64,000 nt of DNA from Dehalococcoidia bacterium (GTDB lineage Bacteria; Chloroflexota; Dehalococcoidia; Plut-88900), in contig CBDFLQ010000006.1 in assembly GCA_965249275.1 (NCBI GenBank), positions 768,001 through 832,000 of the forward strand, in the 5' to 3' direction. How positions within the stretch are numbered: the stretch's first letter is position 1; every line of letters starts with the position of its first letter. A program made the position numbers and the translations under genes. Of this stretch, positions 48,465 to 59,522 are shown in pieces. The notes beneath the pieces were generated by a model. It saw only the letters and a list, made by a program, of their open reading frames with translations. It was not told the DNA's origin and made no database searches.

Positions 48465-50126
48465 ATGACTATCAGAGACAAAATAGACGCGATGATCAGA
48501 AAGGCCTCCCAGAAGGCCCAGGACAAGGGTGTCCTGCCCCAGATCATACTCCCGGAAACTGTCGTTGAAAGACCCCAAAAGCCAGAGCACGGCGACTATG
48601 CCGTCACTGCTCCACTGAAGCTGGCACGGGGTGCGGGCATGAGCCCGCTGGTTATCGCACAGCACCTCCTAGACAATCTCGATTCCTCGGAGGAGATAGA
48701 GAGCGTGACCCTGGCCCGGCCGGGATTCATCAACTTTCTGCTGAAAGCAAACTGGCTGAAGGCCCAGATCGACGCCATAGTCGAAGCTGGGGACTCATAC
48801 GGGAACATTGACGCAGGGCGAGGGGCCCGGGTGCAGGTGGAGTACGTCAGCGTCAATCCCACGGGACCGCTTCACGTGGGGCACGGGCGGGGGGCGGTGC
48901 TCGGGAGTGCGCTTGCCCGAATACTGCAGGCCGCCGGCAGCTCTGTCGAGCAGGAATACTACATCAACGACGCCGGCACCCAGATGACCCTCTTCTACCG
49001 CTCCCTCTATGCCCGCTACCTCCAGGAGTTCGGCCTTGAAGCAGAAATGCCCTCGGGCGGATACGTTGGCGCATACGTCATAGATCTCGCCAAGGAATTG
49101 ATTTCCGAAGAAGGCGACAAGTTCCGCAACATGGACGAGGCGGACGCCGTACGGGAGTTGGGAGTGCTGGGCCTGCGGAAGATGCTGGACTCCATACGGA
49201 CGGACCTTGAAGAAGTCGGGGTCCACCACGACGTCTGGTTTAGCGAGCAGAGCCTCTTCGACTCGGGGCGGTACGGAGAAACGATGGAAAAGCTCGCCTC
49301 CGCAGGCCATACCCGGGACAAGGATGGCGCAACGTGGTTCGTCTCCACCGCTCTCGGCGAGGACAAGGACAACGTTCTCGTCCGGGGAAGCGGCAACCCG
49401 ACCTACTTCGCCTCCGACATCGCCTACCACTACGACAAGTTTGTCACCAGGGGTTTCGACCGTGTGATAAACGTCTGGGGCGCTGACCACCAGGGCCATA
49501 TCTCTCGGATGAAGGCTGCCGTCGGGGCCTTGGGGGTCGACCCTTCGCATCTGGACATTCTCGTGTCTCAGATGGTCAGCCTGAAACGCGGCGGCCAAGT
49601 CGACAAGGTGTCCAAGCGCGGGGGTAATATCGTCACGCTGCGAGAGGTGGTGGAGGAAGTCGGTGCAGACCCATGCCGATTCTTCTTCCTCTCCCGCTCC
49701 CCCGACAGCCAGATGGAGTTCGATCTGGAACTTGCGAAAAGCCAGTCGATCGATAATCCTGCCTACTACCTTCAGTACGCCCACGCCCGTATGTGCAGCA
49801 TCCTTCGCATTGCCGATGAGCGGGGCATCAACTTTTCGGAAGCGGATGTCACGCTGCTGGGCGAAGATTCGGAGATGATGCTGATCAGGCAGATGCTCAA
49901 GCTCCCCGAAACGGTGGAGCTAATAGCCAAGACGCTGGAGCCCCAGCACCTGCCTCACTACTCCCAGGACCTGGCTGCCCTATTCCATTCCTTCTACGAA
50001 AAGTGCCGTGTCCTCGGCGAGGATCTCCCGCTTTCTCAGGCTCGGCTCAAGCTGGTTTCCGCCTCCCGGACCGTTCTGGCTCGGTGCCTGGACCTGATGG
50101 GAATGTCGGCGCCCGAGCAGATGTAG
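48465..50126 (+). CDS. argS: Arginine--tRNA ligase
   Basis: SVNPTGPLHVGHGRGA, INDAG.Q, WGADH, YLQYAHAR, MSAPEQM. Confidence 0.97.
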   Translation: MTIRDKIDAMIRKASQKAQDKGVLPQIILPETVVERPQKPEHGDYAVTAPLKLARGAGMSPLVIAQHLLDNLDSSEEIESVTLARPGFINFLLKANWLKAQIDAIVEAGDSYGNIDAGRGARVQVEYVSVNPTGPLHVGHGRGAVLGSALARILQAAGSSVEQEYYINDAGTQMTLFYRSLYARYLQEFGLEAEMPSGGYVGAYVIDLAKELISEEGDKFRNMDEADAVRELGVLGLRKMLDSIRTDLEEVGVHHDVWFSEQSLFDSGRYGETMEKLASAGHTRDKDGATWFVSTALGEDKDNVLVRGSGNPTYFASDIAYHYDKFVTRGFDRVINVWGADHQGHISRMKAAVGALGVDPSHLDILVSQMVSLKRGGQVDKVSKRGGNIVTLREVVEEVGADPCRFFFLSRSPDSQMEFDLELAKSQSIDNPAYYLQYAHARMCSILRIADERGINFSEADVTLLGEDSEMMLIRQMLKLPETVELIAKTLEPQHLPHYSQDLAALFHSFYEKCRVLGEDLPLSQARLKLVSASRTVLARCLDLMGMSAPEQM

Positions 50127-50202
50127 TTCCGAGGGAGTGGGGGAGTTGGGGGCAAGGACTCCATAGACCTGTAGGCAGGCAAGCGGTTGCCGGAAAGACG
50201 AG

Positions 50203-52997
50203 ATGATGGAGAGTGGAAGGTTGGGATTCTGGCCCCGCATTGTATGGAGTGGATCGGCAGTTTTGCTTGTCTTGGCTTTGATATGGGCTTGCGCTCCATC
50301 GCAAGGCACGCCAACCCCGGACTCAACTCCAACGGCGACTACAGTAGCACCGCCAGCTACTGAGATAGTGCCACCGACCGAAGACCCAACGCCGACATCG
50401 GAAGCCAGCCTGACACCTGAGGCGTCTCCGGTGTTGGAGGTTACGCCTGTGCCGATTCCCACAAGCACCGCTGTTCCTACTCCTGCCCCAACAGCTACTC
50501 CGGCGCCAATACCTACACCTACCCCCATTCCTACACCTGTCCCACCTTGCAACCCGGCACAGGTAACAATAGCAGACCCGCATCCGTATAAAGAAATCGG
50601 CCTAGCCTCATTATGGGATCGATTTCCCTGGGCATATTGTGAACTTGTCAAAAGGCCATGGATATCGGAAGGGGGAGACGACCCAAATCACGTTGAACTC
50701 TCAGTATTGCGTTACCTGAGCCAGATGAGGATACCGGATGAGACTACTGCATTTGCATTAATACGCCTCCCGTTTCTGGACACCATTGAGTGGGTGATCA
50801 TGAAACCATGCAGTTCATGGCCGACCTCTCCCATACCGACCCGGATGGCTTAGCGCAACTCCTAACGCACGAATCACTTACATCCGGCGATAACAGCCCG
50901 ATACAGCTAATATATTTGGATGCAAAGCACCCAGATGCCGCAGCGGAAATCGCTGCCCAAGGCTGGGTCAAAGATGGGCTCTATAAGCATGAGTACGAGA
51001 CCCTGACACTTCTACAAGAAGCGGCCATTGGGTCAAACAAGTTCTTCAGATACCTGATGGACAGCGGTCCAAGCTGGATACCTCTGGGAACAGGGGTTGA
51101 TCAGTCAGCGCTTGAGACATTGGTGGCCTGGAGTCTTTGGGATGAAGATACGGTGATTCGCCTGGCTTCCATGCCTTTCTTGGAGACCATTGAATTTGTG
51201 GACGCAGAGGCTGTGCACCGCCTACGGGAGCTAGCGGAGAACAATCCTGATGGTCTACGGAACGTCCTGTCTCACCCAATCTTTGCTGATGGCATCAGAG
51301 ATGAGCTTGCGGTCCAAGTATCACTACTGTACCTGGAACAGACCAACCACGAATTAGCTGCCGCCATAAATGAGCTCCCGTGGATCCAAGACGGCATCAC
51401 TTATGTCCCGCCTCGGGACTGGAGCAACATCAATCCAGATCCGACAGAACATGAAACTACAAATATTCTTGATTTTATCGAAATGGGCATTCAGACCCCG
51501 GATTTCCTCCTAGATCTAACATCCAAGTCCTGGGTTAGAGACGGGCTGAGCGGTGCGGATACAAGCGTAATCAGCCCATTGTTCAATCTCGCAATTAGCG
51601 ATCCCCAAGTAGCAGCTGAGCTGCTGAGAATGCCGTTTCTGGATAGGATAAATCCACAGGACTCAGAAGTGCTATGGACACTGGCCATGCTGACAGAGAA
51701 TAGCTGGGTCCCTCTACAGGAGTTTCTGTCAAATCCGTTACTGGCGGGAGGAATTTCAAACGACAATATTTCCATAGTACAGCTACTTGAAGTAGAGATC
51801 CGGGAGCCCGAGAGATACGCCTCAATAGAAGGTCTGTCCTGGATTCAGGACGGTATTGACGTGTCGGAGGCATACGCGGTTACCGTATTGACCGAGCTGG
51901 CCCTGGATACGGATGCCGTATTCACGGCAGTAATGGAGAAAAACTGGGTAAGGAACGGGCTTACCCGAGAAGAGGCAACAGCGATTTTCCACCTGATAAC
52001 CATGTCAGGGCTATCATGGGGCGAACAGGACGTAGACACCACGCTGAGAATCATAGCCATGCCGTTTCTGAATACCTTTGAACCGGTGGATGCTGCAGCC
52101 GTGGATGGGTTAGCAAGGCTACACCACAATGGTGACGGGGATTATTTACACCAGGTATTGAACCACCCTTCTTTGAGAGACGGCATTGATGATGCAGACA
52201 CTCTGATAGTTGCGGTCCTACCTCATGTTGTAGAAAGAGTGCCAAAAAAGCTGAATATACTGCTGGACCCCGGACAGATTTATCGGCAAGAACGCAAGAT
52301 AATGCTTCCGCTAGCCGGTGAAATAACCGTCGCAACTATCCACACAGTTCCCGGAACATTCAGCACAATGGACATACTGGAAGAAATCGTCCGCCAATAT
52401 GAGGTTTTCATGAACGTGGCCTACCCCAGCAACGTGGCGGCTATAGTTGTTGTAGATTTGGGGGGCCCGAGGGGTGGAGGTGGCCCTAGCGGTATCATTA
52501 CTCTCCACCCGGGTTCTGAAGAGGACGTGGAGCTTATTGCCCATGAGGCTACCCGTACCTATTGGAACTTTTATCCGCCCTGGATTCGAGAAGGCGCAGC
52601 CGAGTTCATGGCGAAAATAGTGATTGGGCAGCTTGACGAAGCACCAGCTTCACCGAGTGAGACGGGATGTAGCCTGGCCAAAACTCTGGGAGAACTAGAC
52701 CAATTAACGTACGGACCAGGCCTTGATGAAGATGCGGTTTGGTGGTCGGGGTGCAGTTACACGATGGGCTTGGGGTTGTATGCGGACTTGTACAACAGCC
52801 TGGGCGATGAAGAGTTCCGGAGAGGATTCGGCGGGCTGTACCTAAAGATGCGGAATGAAGAACACAATGATGAGTGCTTCGGAGTCGAAAGAGGTCTTTG
52901 CTATGCGCGAAAGGCCTTCGTTGAGGATGCCTCACCCGGGTTTGCCGATACCGCCGGAGGGGTTATAGATCGGTGGTACTACGGGGAGTCGCAATGA
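50203..52997 (+). pseudogene. Predicted lipoprotein with PWxxDG/PFL repeats and a degenerate metallopeptidase domain; frameshifted at about 50794 (pseudogene or sequencing error)
   Basis: IWAC lipobox; one extra G gives FLDTIEWGDHETMQF, matching the paralog FLDTIDWGDSNTMRF; HEATR instead of HExxH. Confidence 0.7.
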
Positions 52998-53118
52998 CCC
53001 CATCCCTGTCCCCAGGCACATGTGCTCTCACCCCGTCTCTGTGACCTTTGGTTAGTTGGCGTTTACGAAGAATTGCATAGAAACTTAGGCGATAGGCAAT
53101 TGCCTGAAAGGTTGGTCG

Positions 53119-54597
53119 TTGGAGAGCGAGGGGCCGGGACTAGTAGGCAGAAGGCTAAGGTTAGCCGTTTTGTCCGTATCAACTCTAGCCTTGGTTTGGG
53201 CCTGTGGATTGGCACCAGTGACCCCCGCCCCCGACCCAACGCCGGCCAATGTAGGCCTGTCGCCCATACCCACCGGCACCCCGATACCGACTGTGCCGGT
53301 GGCGTCCACCCAGATTGTAATTGCAGCGACGCCAATGGCCACGGGTACCAGCGTGCCAGTTCCTGACCTTGAGTTCCCATGCGCTTTGGATGAAGCCTCC
53401 ATGAATGACCCGCATAAAGGTCACTCTCTAATGAGGCTAGCCGAGTCTCACCCCGATATCTACTGCGAGGTGGCCAAGAGACCGTGGCTCCGGGACCCGG
53501 ACAACGATCCTCATCAAGTAGAGCCGGTTGTCTTGCACTTACTTGCCGAGCTGGCCACCAAGAACCCGGCTTCCACCTTGAAAGTAGCTAAATTGCCGTT
53601 TCTGGATACCATCGACTGGGGCGATTCAAATACGATGCGTTTCCTAACCGAGTTGTATGAAAGCGACCGGGAAGGATTTCATCTACTGATATCCAACAAG
53701 TCTGCTACGACCGGGAATCCTGAGAAGCCATTTCCGCTCATATATCTGGAGCTGGGTGATCCAGACTCAGCCGCCGAAATTGCCGCGCTGGACTGGGTTC
53801 AAGACGGCCTGCACTTTCAAGAACACAGGGCCGTGACGATACTTCAAGAATTGGCAGGCGTTTCCAGGAAAACATTCAGGCTCCTGCTGGAGTCGAATTG
53901 GCCTCGGCAGCCCGTGAAGGGGGGCGTAGAAATCCTAGCCTTTGAAGTCCTGGTAGATATGGCCCCCATAGATGAAGATGCCGTAATCCAAATTGCCGAT
54001 ATGCCTTTCCTGGGTACCGTCGAGTACATTGACTGGCAAGTGGTGACTCGTTTGCACGAGCTAGGCCTGGAGAATCCCGACGCGCTGGACCGTATTCTGC
54101 GAGATTCCACTACCAGAGGCGGAATAACCGATGAGCAAGTCTTCGACATCTTGTTCCTGTACCTGGAACAGGACGCCCCGGCTGCCGCGGAAACGATTCG
54201 GAGCCTCCCATGGGTGCAGGACGGCATAACCTACGTGCCTCCACAAGATATTGTCAACCCGGACGCACCTCCAAGGGAGTTGGAACCATATTTCGTCATG
54301 AATATGGTCAATTTCGCCGCCGCCAGTCCTGACTTCCTCTTCGAGTTCGCCGAGAAACCCTGGGTGCAAGACGGGCCTGATCGAATCGAAAGAAGCATCG
54401 TGTATAACTTTCGCTACTTCGTGCCCAGGGACCCCCAAAAAGCGCTACGCGTGCTGCAATTGCCGCTTCTGGAAACCATAGAGGAAGGCGACGCATTTTA
54501 CGTGGAATCGTTGGCTGATCTGGCAAGAAAGAACAAGGCAGGTTTCGAAGAGGCTATGGCCAGGCTGGCTGAAAGTGGCAGCGCTTCAGACAACTAG
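53119..54597 (+). CDS. Predicted lipoprotein with PWxxDG/PFL repeats, tandem paralog without the peptidase domain
   Basis: VWAC lipobox, P/T linker, collinear with the N-terminal half of the upstream gene (DGITYVPP). Confidence 0.75.
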   Translation: MESEGPGLVGRRLRLAVLSVSTLALVWACGLAPVTPAPDPTPANVGLSPIPTGTPIPTVPVASTQIVIAATPMATGTSVPVPDLEFPCALDEASMNDPHKGHSLMRLAESHPDIYCEVAKRPWLRDPDNDPHQVEPVVLHLLAELATKNPASTLKVAKLPFLDTIDWGDSNTMRFLTELYESDREGFHLLISNKSATTGNPEKPFPLIYLELGDPDSAAEIAALDWVQDGLHFQEHRAVTILQELAGVSRKTFRLLLESNWPRQPVKGGVEILAFEVLVDMAPIDEDAVIQIADMPFLGTVEYIDWQVVTRLHELGLENPDALDRILRDSTTRGGITDEQVFDILFLYLEQDAPAAAETIRSLPWVQDGITYVPPQDIVNPDAPPRELEPYFVMNMVNFAAASPDFLFEFAEKPWVQDGPDRIERSIVYNFRYFVPRDPQKALRVLQLPLLETIEEGDAFYVESLADLARKNKAGFEEAMARLAESGSASDN

Positions 54598-54626
54598 AGA
54601 GCCGTTATACCAGGCATCGCTGCTTC

Positions 54627-55130
54627 CTACCCCAATCCCGACTTATATCTCGGGATCATGCAGGTGTAGAGCTGGCTGGCGGTTTTTAGGTGGTCGGCGA
54701 GCTCTTTTTTAAGGGGCCTGACCTGGGCCGGGACTCCGGCTACGAAGGAGTAGGGAGGGACACGGGCGCCTTCTTTCACCACCGCCCCCGCAGCGACCAG
54801 GCAGAACTCTCCGATCTCGGAGTCGGCGAGAAGGGTGGCGTTGATGCCTATCAGGGAATGGTGGCCGATCTTTCTCGCTTCAACAACCGCCGCGTGCCCG
54901 ATGGTTACGTCCTCCCCGATATCGACTCCCCCGGTGTGGATGACCACGTTATCCTGCACGTTGCTGCGGTTGCCTATTCTGGTTGTGCCATGGTCGGCGC
55001 GGATGACTGCGCCCGGTAGGATCATGCACTCCTCGCCCACCTCCACGTCGCCTATGAGGACCGCATCCTGGTCAACGTAGGCGGAGGGGTGGATGCGGGG
55101 CGTCTTGCCCTCGAATGAGCGGATTGACAT
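54627..55130 (-). CDS. Gamma carbonic anhydrase family (hexapeptide repeat) protein
   Basis: PRIHPSAYV, IGDV, IRAD, NVQDN..IH, TIGH, GVPA. Confidence 0.9.
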   Translation of the reverse strand: MSIRSFEGKTPRIHPSAYVDQDAVLIGDVEVGEECMILPGAVIRADHGTTRIGNRSNVQDNVVIHTGGVDIGEDVTIGHAAVVEARKIGHHSLIGINATLLADSEIGEFCLVAAGAVVKEGARVPPYSFVAGVPAQVRPLKKELADHLKTASQLYTCMIPRYKSGLG

Positions 55131-55255
55131 CTTGTTTCACTCCTAAAGACGCGGAACGGGGATGAGTTGGCGGCCGGGGGACAACCGTGTGAAATTTACC
55201 ACAGGTATGCTAAACTGCAACCGCTCCCAACCCCCCGACTCCACCCACGAAACTC

Positions 55256-56254
55256 ATGCTCAACGGCAAAAAAGGCAGAGTATTTTCCGGTGCCCGACCC
55301 ACGGGTCGGCAGCACCTCGGCAACTACCTCGGCGCAATCCAGAACTACGTCGCCCTTCAGGACGACTACGACTGTATTTACTGCGCCGTCGACATTCACG
55401 CCCTCACTACCCTGGAGAACACCTCCCAGATGCAGGACAACATCAAGGAGATGCTCCTGGACTGGCTGGCCGCAGGCCTCGACCCCGACAAGTCCATCCT
55501 CTTCGTCCAGTCCCACGTCCCGGAAGTCCTCGTCCTGCACACCCTCCTCAGCATGGTCACGCCCCACGGGTGGCTGACCCGGGTCCCGACCTTCAAGGAG
55601 ATGGCCCGCAATCAGCCGGACAACGTTAACTATGGCCTTGTCGGCTATCCCGTCTTGATGACCGCCGACATCGTGATGTACAAGGCCGACACCGTCCCCG
55701 TCGGGGAGGACCAAGTCGCTCATTTAGAGCTCGCCCGCGAGATAGTGAGGCGGTTCAACAATATTTTTGGTCCCACCTTCCCGGAACCCCAGCCAAAGTT
55801 CACCGAGGCCCCCCTCATTGTCGGGCTGGACGGCAGTCACAAGATGAGCAAGAGCCTCGGGAACCACGTCGAGCTCGCCGCGTCGCCGGACGAAACCCGG
55901 AAGAAGGTCATGGGCGCTGTAACCGACCCCCAACGCATGCGCAAGACCGACCCTGGACGCCCAGAGGTCTGCAATGTCTTCTCTCTACACAAGCAGTTCA
56001 ACCCCGACAAAATCGAAGATATAGCCGAGCAGTGCCGCACCGCCCAGCGCGGCTGCGTCGACTGCAAGCGTATGCTGGCCGATGGCATAAACGATGCCCT
56101 GAAACCGTTCCGAGAGCGCAGACGTCAGCTTGCTGAGAAGCCCGCCTACCTTAGAGAGGTCCTTGATGATGGCGCCCGCAGGGCAAGCGTCATTGCCCGC
56201 GAGACCCTGGAAGAGGTCAAGGAAAAGATGGGCCTCAAGGCCAAGGCCTGGTGA
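55256..56254 (+). CDS. trpS: Tryptophan--tRNA ligase
   Basis: RPTG.HLGNY, YPVLMTADI, VPVGEDQ, KMSKS. Confidence 0.97.
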   Translation: MLNGKKGRVFSGARPTGRQHLGNYLGAIQNYVALQDDYDCIYCAVDIHALTTLENTSQMQDNIKEMLLDWLAAGLDPDKSILFVQSHVPEVLVLHTLLSMVTPHGWLTRVPTFKEMARNQPDNVNYGLVGYPVLMTADIVMYKADTVPVGEDQVAHLELAREIVRRFNNIFGPTFPEPQPKFTEAPLIVGLDGSHKMSKSLGNHVELAASPDETRKKVMGAVTDPQRMRKTDPGRPEVCNVFSLHKQFNPDKIEDIAEQCRTAQRGCVDCKRMLADGINDALKPFRERRRQLAEKPAYLREVLDDGARRASVIARETLEEVKEKMGLKAKAW

Positions 56255-57072
56255 GCGAAGTCCCCATATCCGCAACCGGCAAGACCGCCGAGCAGGTAGC
56301 CCGAGAAGCGGTCGCCCTCGCAAGCCGCATCCTCGTCAGAGGCTTCCGAAGGCAGAAGAAGGTCTACTTCAAGGGCCGCGGCAATGTGGTAACCGACACC
56401 GACTATCGCGCTGAGGCACGTGTCATATACCACCTCCAACGGGAGTTCCCCGACTTCTCCATCCTATCCGAAGAAAAGGGCGCTATCGAGGGAACTGGAG
56501 GCTACACCTGGATAATAGATCCCCTGGACGGCAGCCGTAACTTCGCCTCGGAGAACCCACACTTTGCCGTAAACCTCGGCCTAGCCTACGAGGGTGACAT
56601 GCTCCTAGCCTTCACGTTAGATCCACTGCGTAAGGAGCTTTTTCACGCCATCAAGGGCGGCGGTGCATTCCTGAACAGGGCACCCATATCCGTGTCCCGA
56701 CAAGAGAACATCGCCGCCTCAATACTCGCCACCGACATGGGTTACGACGAGGAGATGGCCCGCCGAGGCCTTGAGATGCTAGCTAATCTCTGGCCCGGGA
56801 TGCAGACCGTTCGGATAATGGGGTCGGCGGCGCTGGGTTTGGCTTGGGCCGCTTGCGGCAGGGTGGACCTCTACTTTCATCATGCCCTGGCCCCCTGGGA
56901 CGTGATGTGCGGCCTGCTCCTGGTACGGGAGGCCGGGGGAGTCATCACCTCGGGATCAGGCGGGCATGCAGACTTTCACAAGCCGAGCATCATAGCCACC
57001 AACGCTCAGATCCATGCCGAGTTTCTGGAACGGACTGAAGGCTCGGCGTGGCGGGCCCACGTCACGGGCTAG
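56251..57072 (+). CDS. suhB: Inositol monophosphatase family protein
   Basis: SEE, WIIDPLDGS.NF, GSAAL, PWD. Confidence 0.88.
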   Translation: MSEVPISATGKTAEQVAREAVALASRILVRGFRRQKKVYFKGRGNVVTDTDYRAEARVIYHLQREFPDFSILSEEKGAIEGTGGYTWIIDPLDGSRNFASENPHFAVNLGLAYEGDMLLAFTLDPLRKELFHAIKGGGAFLNRAPISVSRQENIAASILATDMGYDEEMARRGLEMLANLWPGMQTVRIMGSAALGLAWAACGRVDLYFHHALAPWDVMCGLLLVREAGGVITSGSGGHADFHKPSIIATNAQIHAEFLERTEGSAWRAHVTG

Positions 57073-57171
57073 ACCCCGAGCAGCGCAAAGTCCCCACCGC
57101 GGGAGCCTCCTCCTCTTGTGTCGGCCAAAGAGCTCGGGATACCATTTGCCCCGACCTGACGGGAGCAACCT

Positions 57172-57876
57172 TTGAAGATAGCAGTTGTCCTGACACTAGC
57201 AGCGGTCTTCCTTGCCTTGGTGTCGGCCTGCACATCCACCTCCTCCACACCATTGACGGCTTCCTCGGTCCCGACTCCTGAGCCTACGCATCTCCCCGCC
57301 TCCCCTACGCAAACCGCACCACTCCAGCCATCGCCCACCCTTCCGCCCACTTCCGCCACTCCCTTCATAACGCCTACATCTCCCCCAACTCCCACACCTT
57401 TGCCCCCCAGAGTCCCGACTGCCACGCCTCAAACGACCCCTACACAGCCGGCCCCAACCCCAACTCCTCTCTACACAACGCCGACCGTGGTCATAGGTCC
57501 CGTGGCGTTCCCGGTGGAAGTGGCCGTGACCCCTGAGCAGCGCCGACAGGGGCTCTCGGGCAGGCCTGCTCTGACCTCACGGACTGGGATGCTCTTCGTA
57601 TTCGAATCGCCGATGCCACTGCAGTTCTGGATGAAGCGGATGCAATTCCCGCTGGATTTCGTGTGGATCGGGGCAGATTGCACGATAGGTGAAATCACCC
57701 GAGACGTCCCGCCCCCTCCCCCTGGCACCGAGGACTCAGACCTTGCGCGCATAAGCCCTCAAGATGACATGCAATACGTGCTGGAAATCAACGCCGGCGA
57801 GGCGTCAGGACAAGGCCTCGAGCCTGGCCAGTCGGTGGTTTTCGCGGGGTCTATTGCCGGGCGGTTCGAGTGCTAG
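57172..57876 (+). CDS. DUF192 domain lipoprotein with a long Pro/Thr linker
   Basis: VSAC lipobox; EVA.TP..GL, GMLFVF, FWMK.M.FPLD, VLEINAG. Confidence 0.85.
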   Translation: MKIAVVLTLAAVFLALVSACTSTSSTPLTASSVPTPEPTHLPASPTQTAPLQPSPTLPPTSATPFITPTSPPTPTPLPPRVPTATPQTTPTQPAPTPTPLYTTPTVVIGPVAFPVEVAVTPEQRRQGLSGRPALTSRTGMLFVFESPMPLQFWMKRMQFPLDFVWIGADCTIGEITRDVPPPPPGTEDSDLARISPQDDMQYVLEINAGEASGQGLEPGQSVVFAGSIAGRFEC

Positions 57877-58039
57877 GCGACTCGAACTACTGAGCAACCG
57901 CGCCATGTTGCCAAAGGTGAAAGCGCTAAGTTAGGATAATCATCGCCTTTGGGGGAGAAGGCGACCACCGTTTGACTCGTCAGGCTCCGAAGCGCACTCT
58001 TGGGCCCGGTGCATCCGGCCCACACAACTGAGGTAGCAA

Positions 58040-59488
58040 ATGGGACTACGTACAGGTGAAGAATACCGGGAATCGATAAGGGACGGGCGCGAGGTCTACT
58101 ACGACGGCGAGTTGGTAAAGGACATAACTGTCCACCCCGCTTTCAAGCCTATCATCGACGTCCGCTCGCGGATGTACGACATGCAGAACGAGGCGGCCTT
58201 CGAGGAGGCCACCACTTTCGATTTCAACGGCGAGCCGGCAGCCCGTTCATTGAAACCACCCACTTCCGTCGACGACCTGGCCGCCCAGAGACGCTACGTA
58301 GAGACTGTCCTCACCGAGATTGGCGGGATAGTCGAGCGAGTCGGGGACGACACTGCGGGTGAGCTTTGGTCGATGTACGATGCCCGGGAGACGCTGCGCA
58401 AGTTCAACCCCATGTTCGCAGAGAACGTTGAGCGGCACGTTAACCGGCTCCAGGAACTGGACCTGTTCCACGTGAGCGGCAACACCGACCCCAAGGGAGA
58501 CCGCAGCCGTCCACCGCAGGAACAGGACCCCGACATGCTCCTGCATGTCGTCGATGAGACCGACAAGGGGATAATCGTGCGGGGCGCGAAGTACGAAACC
58601 GCCGCCTGCTATGCGAACCAGGGTTTCGTAAAACCGACCATCGCTCAATGGGGGGAAGGGCTGAAGGACTACGCTGTCGGTTTCATCACGGATATGAACA
58701 GCCCGGGGCTCAAGCTGATATGCCGCACGGGGTTTGCGGTCGGCAAGGACCCCAAGGACTATCCGATATCAACCCGTTTCGACGAGATCGACACGCTGCT
58801 AATATTCGACAACGTTCTCGTGCCTTGGGAGAACGTGCTGTTTTGCCGGGAACCCCAGGCCGCCGCCTACATCCGGGGCACGTTACACCGGTACGTAGTT
58901 TTTCCATTCGTCCTAAGGACGCTGTTCAGGGCTGACTACCTGCTGGGAACAGCCTTTCTCAACATCGAGCAGACCGGTCTGCAAAACGTACCCCAGGTGC
59001 GGGAAAAGCTGACGCAATTAATGTGCTACCGGGAGACCATCAACGCCCACCTTCACGCTGCAGTCCACTGCGCGGAGCCGAGCCCCGGCGGTCTTACCAT
59101 GCCCAACCAGGCCATCATCTACGCAGGCCGTATCTACGCATCCAGCAACCTGCCGGCCATGGTGGGCATAGTAAGGGAGCTGGCAGGAGGTCAGCTGGAG
59201 CTCACTCCCGACACAGCCGCATGGAAGAATCCCGAGATCCGCAAATACCTCGAAAAATACTATTCTGTCGGAGACTGGAGCATGGAGGACCGCATAAAAC
59301 TCCTCCACTTCACCCGTGACATGGTCGACTCCTCGATGGCAGGGCACAAGCTGGCCTTCCAACTATTCGCACAGAGTCCTCCCTACGCCAACCTCCTCGC
59401 CCTTTATTTCAACTTCGATCCAACGCCGATGAAAAAGCTGGTCAGGAAGGCCGCCGACCTCTCCCATGAGGTAATGAAGGAGAAGTAG
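58040..59488 (+). CDS. 4-hydroxyphenylacetate 3-hydroxylase (HpaB) family flavin-dependent monooxygenase
   Basis: RTGEEYRESIRDGREVY, TDPKGDRS, GIIVRGAK, RFDEID..FDNVLVPWE. Confidence 0.88.
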   Translation: MGLRTGEEYRESIRDGREVYYDGELVKDITVHPAFKPIIDVRSRMYDMQNEAAFEEATTFDFNGEPAARSLKPPTSVDDLAAQRRYVETVLTEIGGIVERVGDDTAGELWSMYDARETLRKFNPMFAENVERHVNRLQELDLFHVSGNTDPKGDRSRPPQEQDPDMLLHVVDETDKGIIVRGAKYETAACYANQGFVKPTIAQWGEGLKDYAVGFITDMNSPGLKLICRTGFAVGKDPKDYPISTRFDEIDTLLIFDNVLVPWENVLFCREPQAAAYIRGTLHRYVVFPFVLRTLFRADYLLGTAFLNIEQTGLQNVPQVREKLTQLMCYRETINAHLHAAVHCAEPSPGGLTMPNQAIIYAGRIYASSNLPAMVGIVRELAGGQLELTPDTAAWKNPEIRKYLEKYYSVGDWSMEDRIKLLHFTRDMVDSSMAGHKLAFQLFAQSPPYANLLALYFNFDPTPMKKLVRKAADLSHEVMKEK

Positions 59489-59522
59489 GCCCGGACCCTT
59501 ACCGCAACAAAAGGAGAACACG

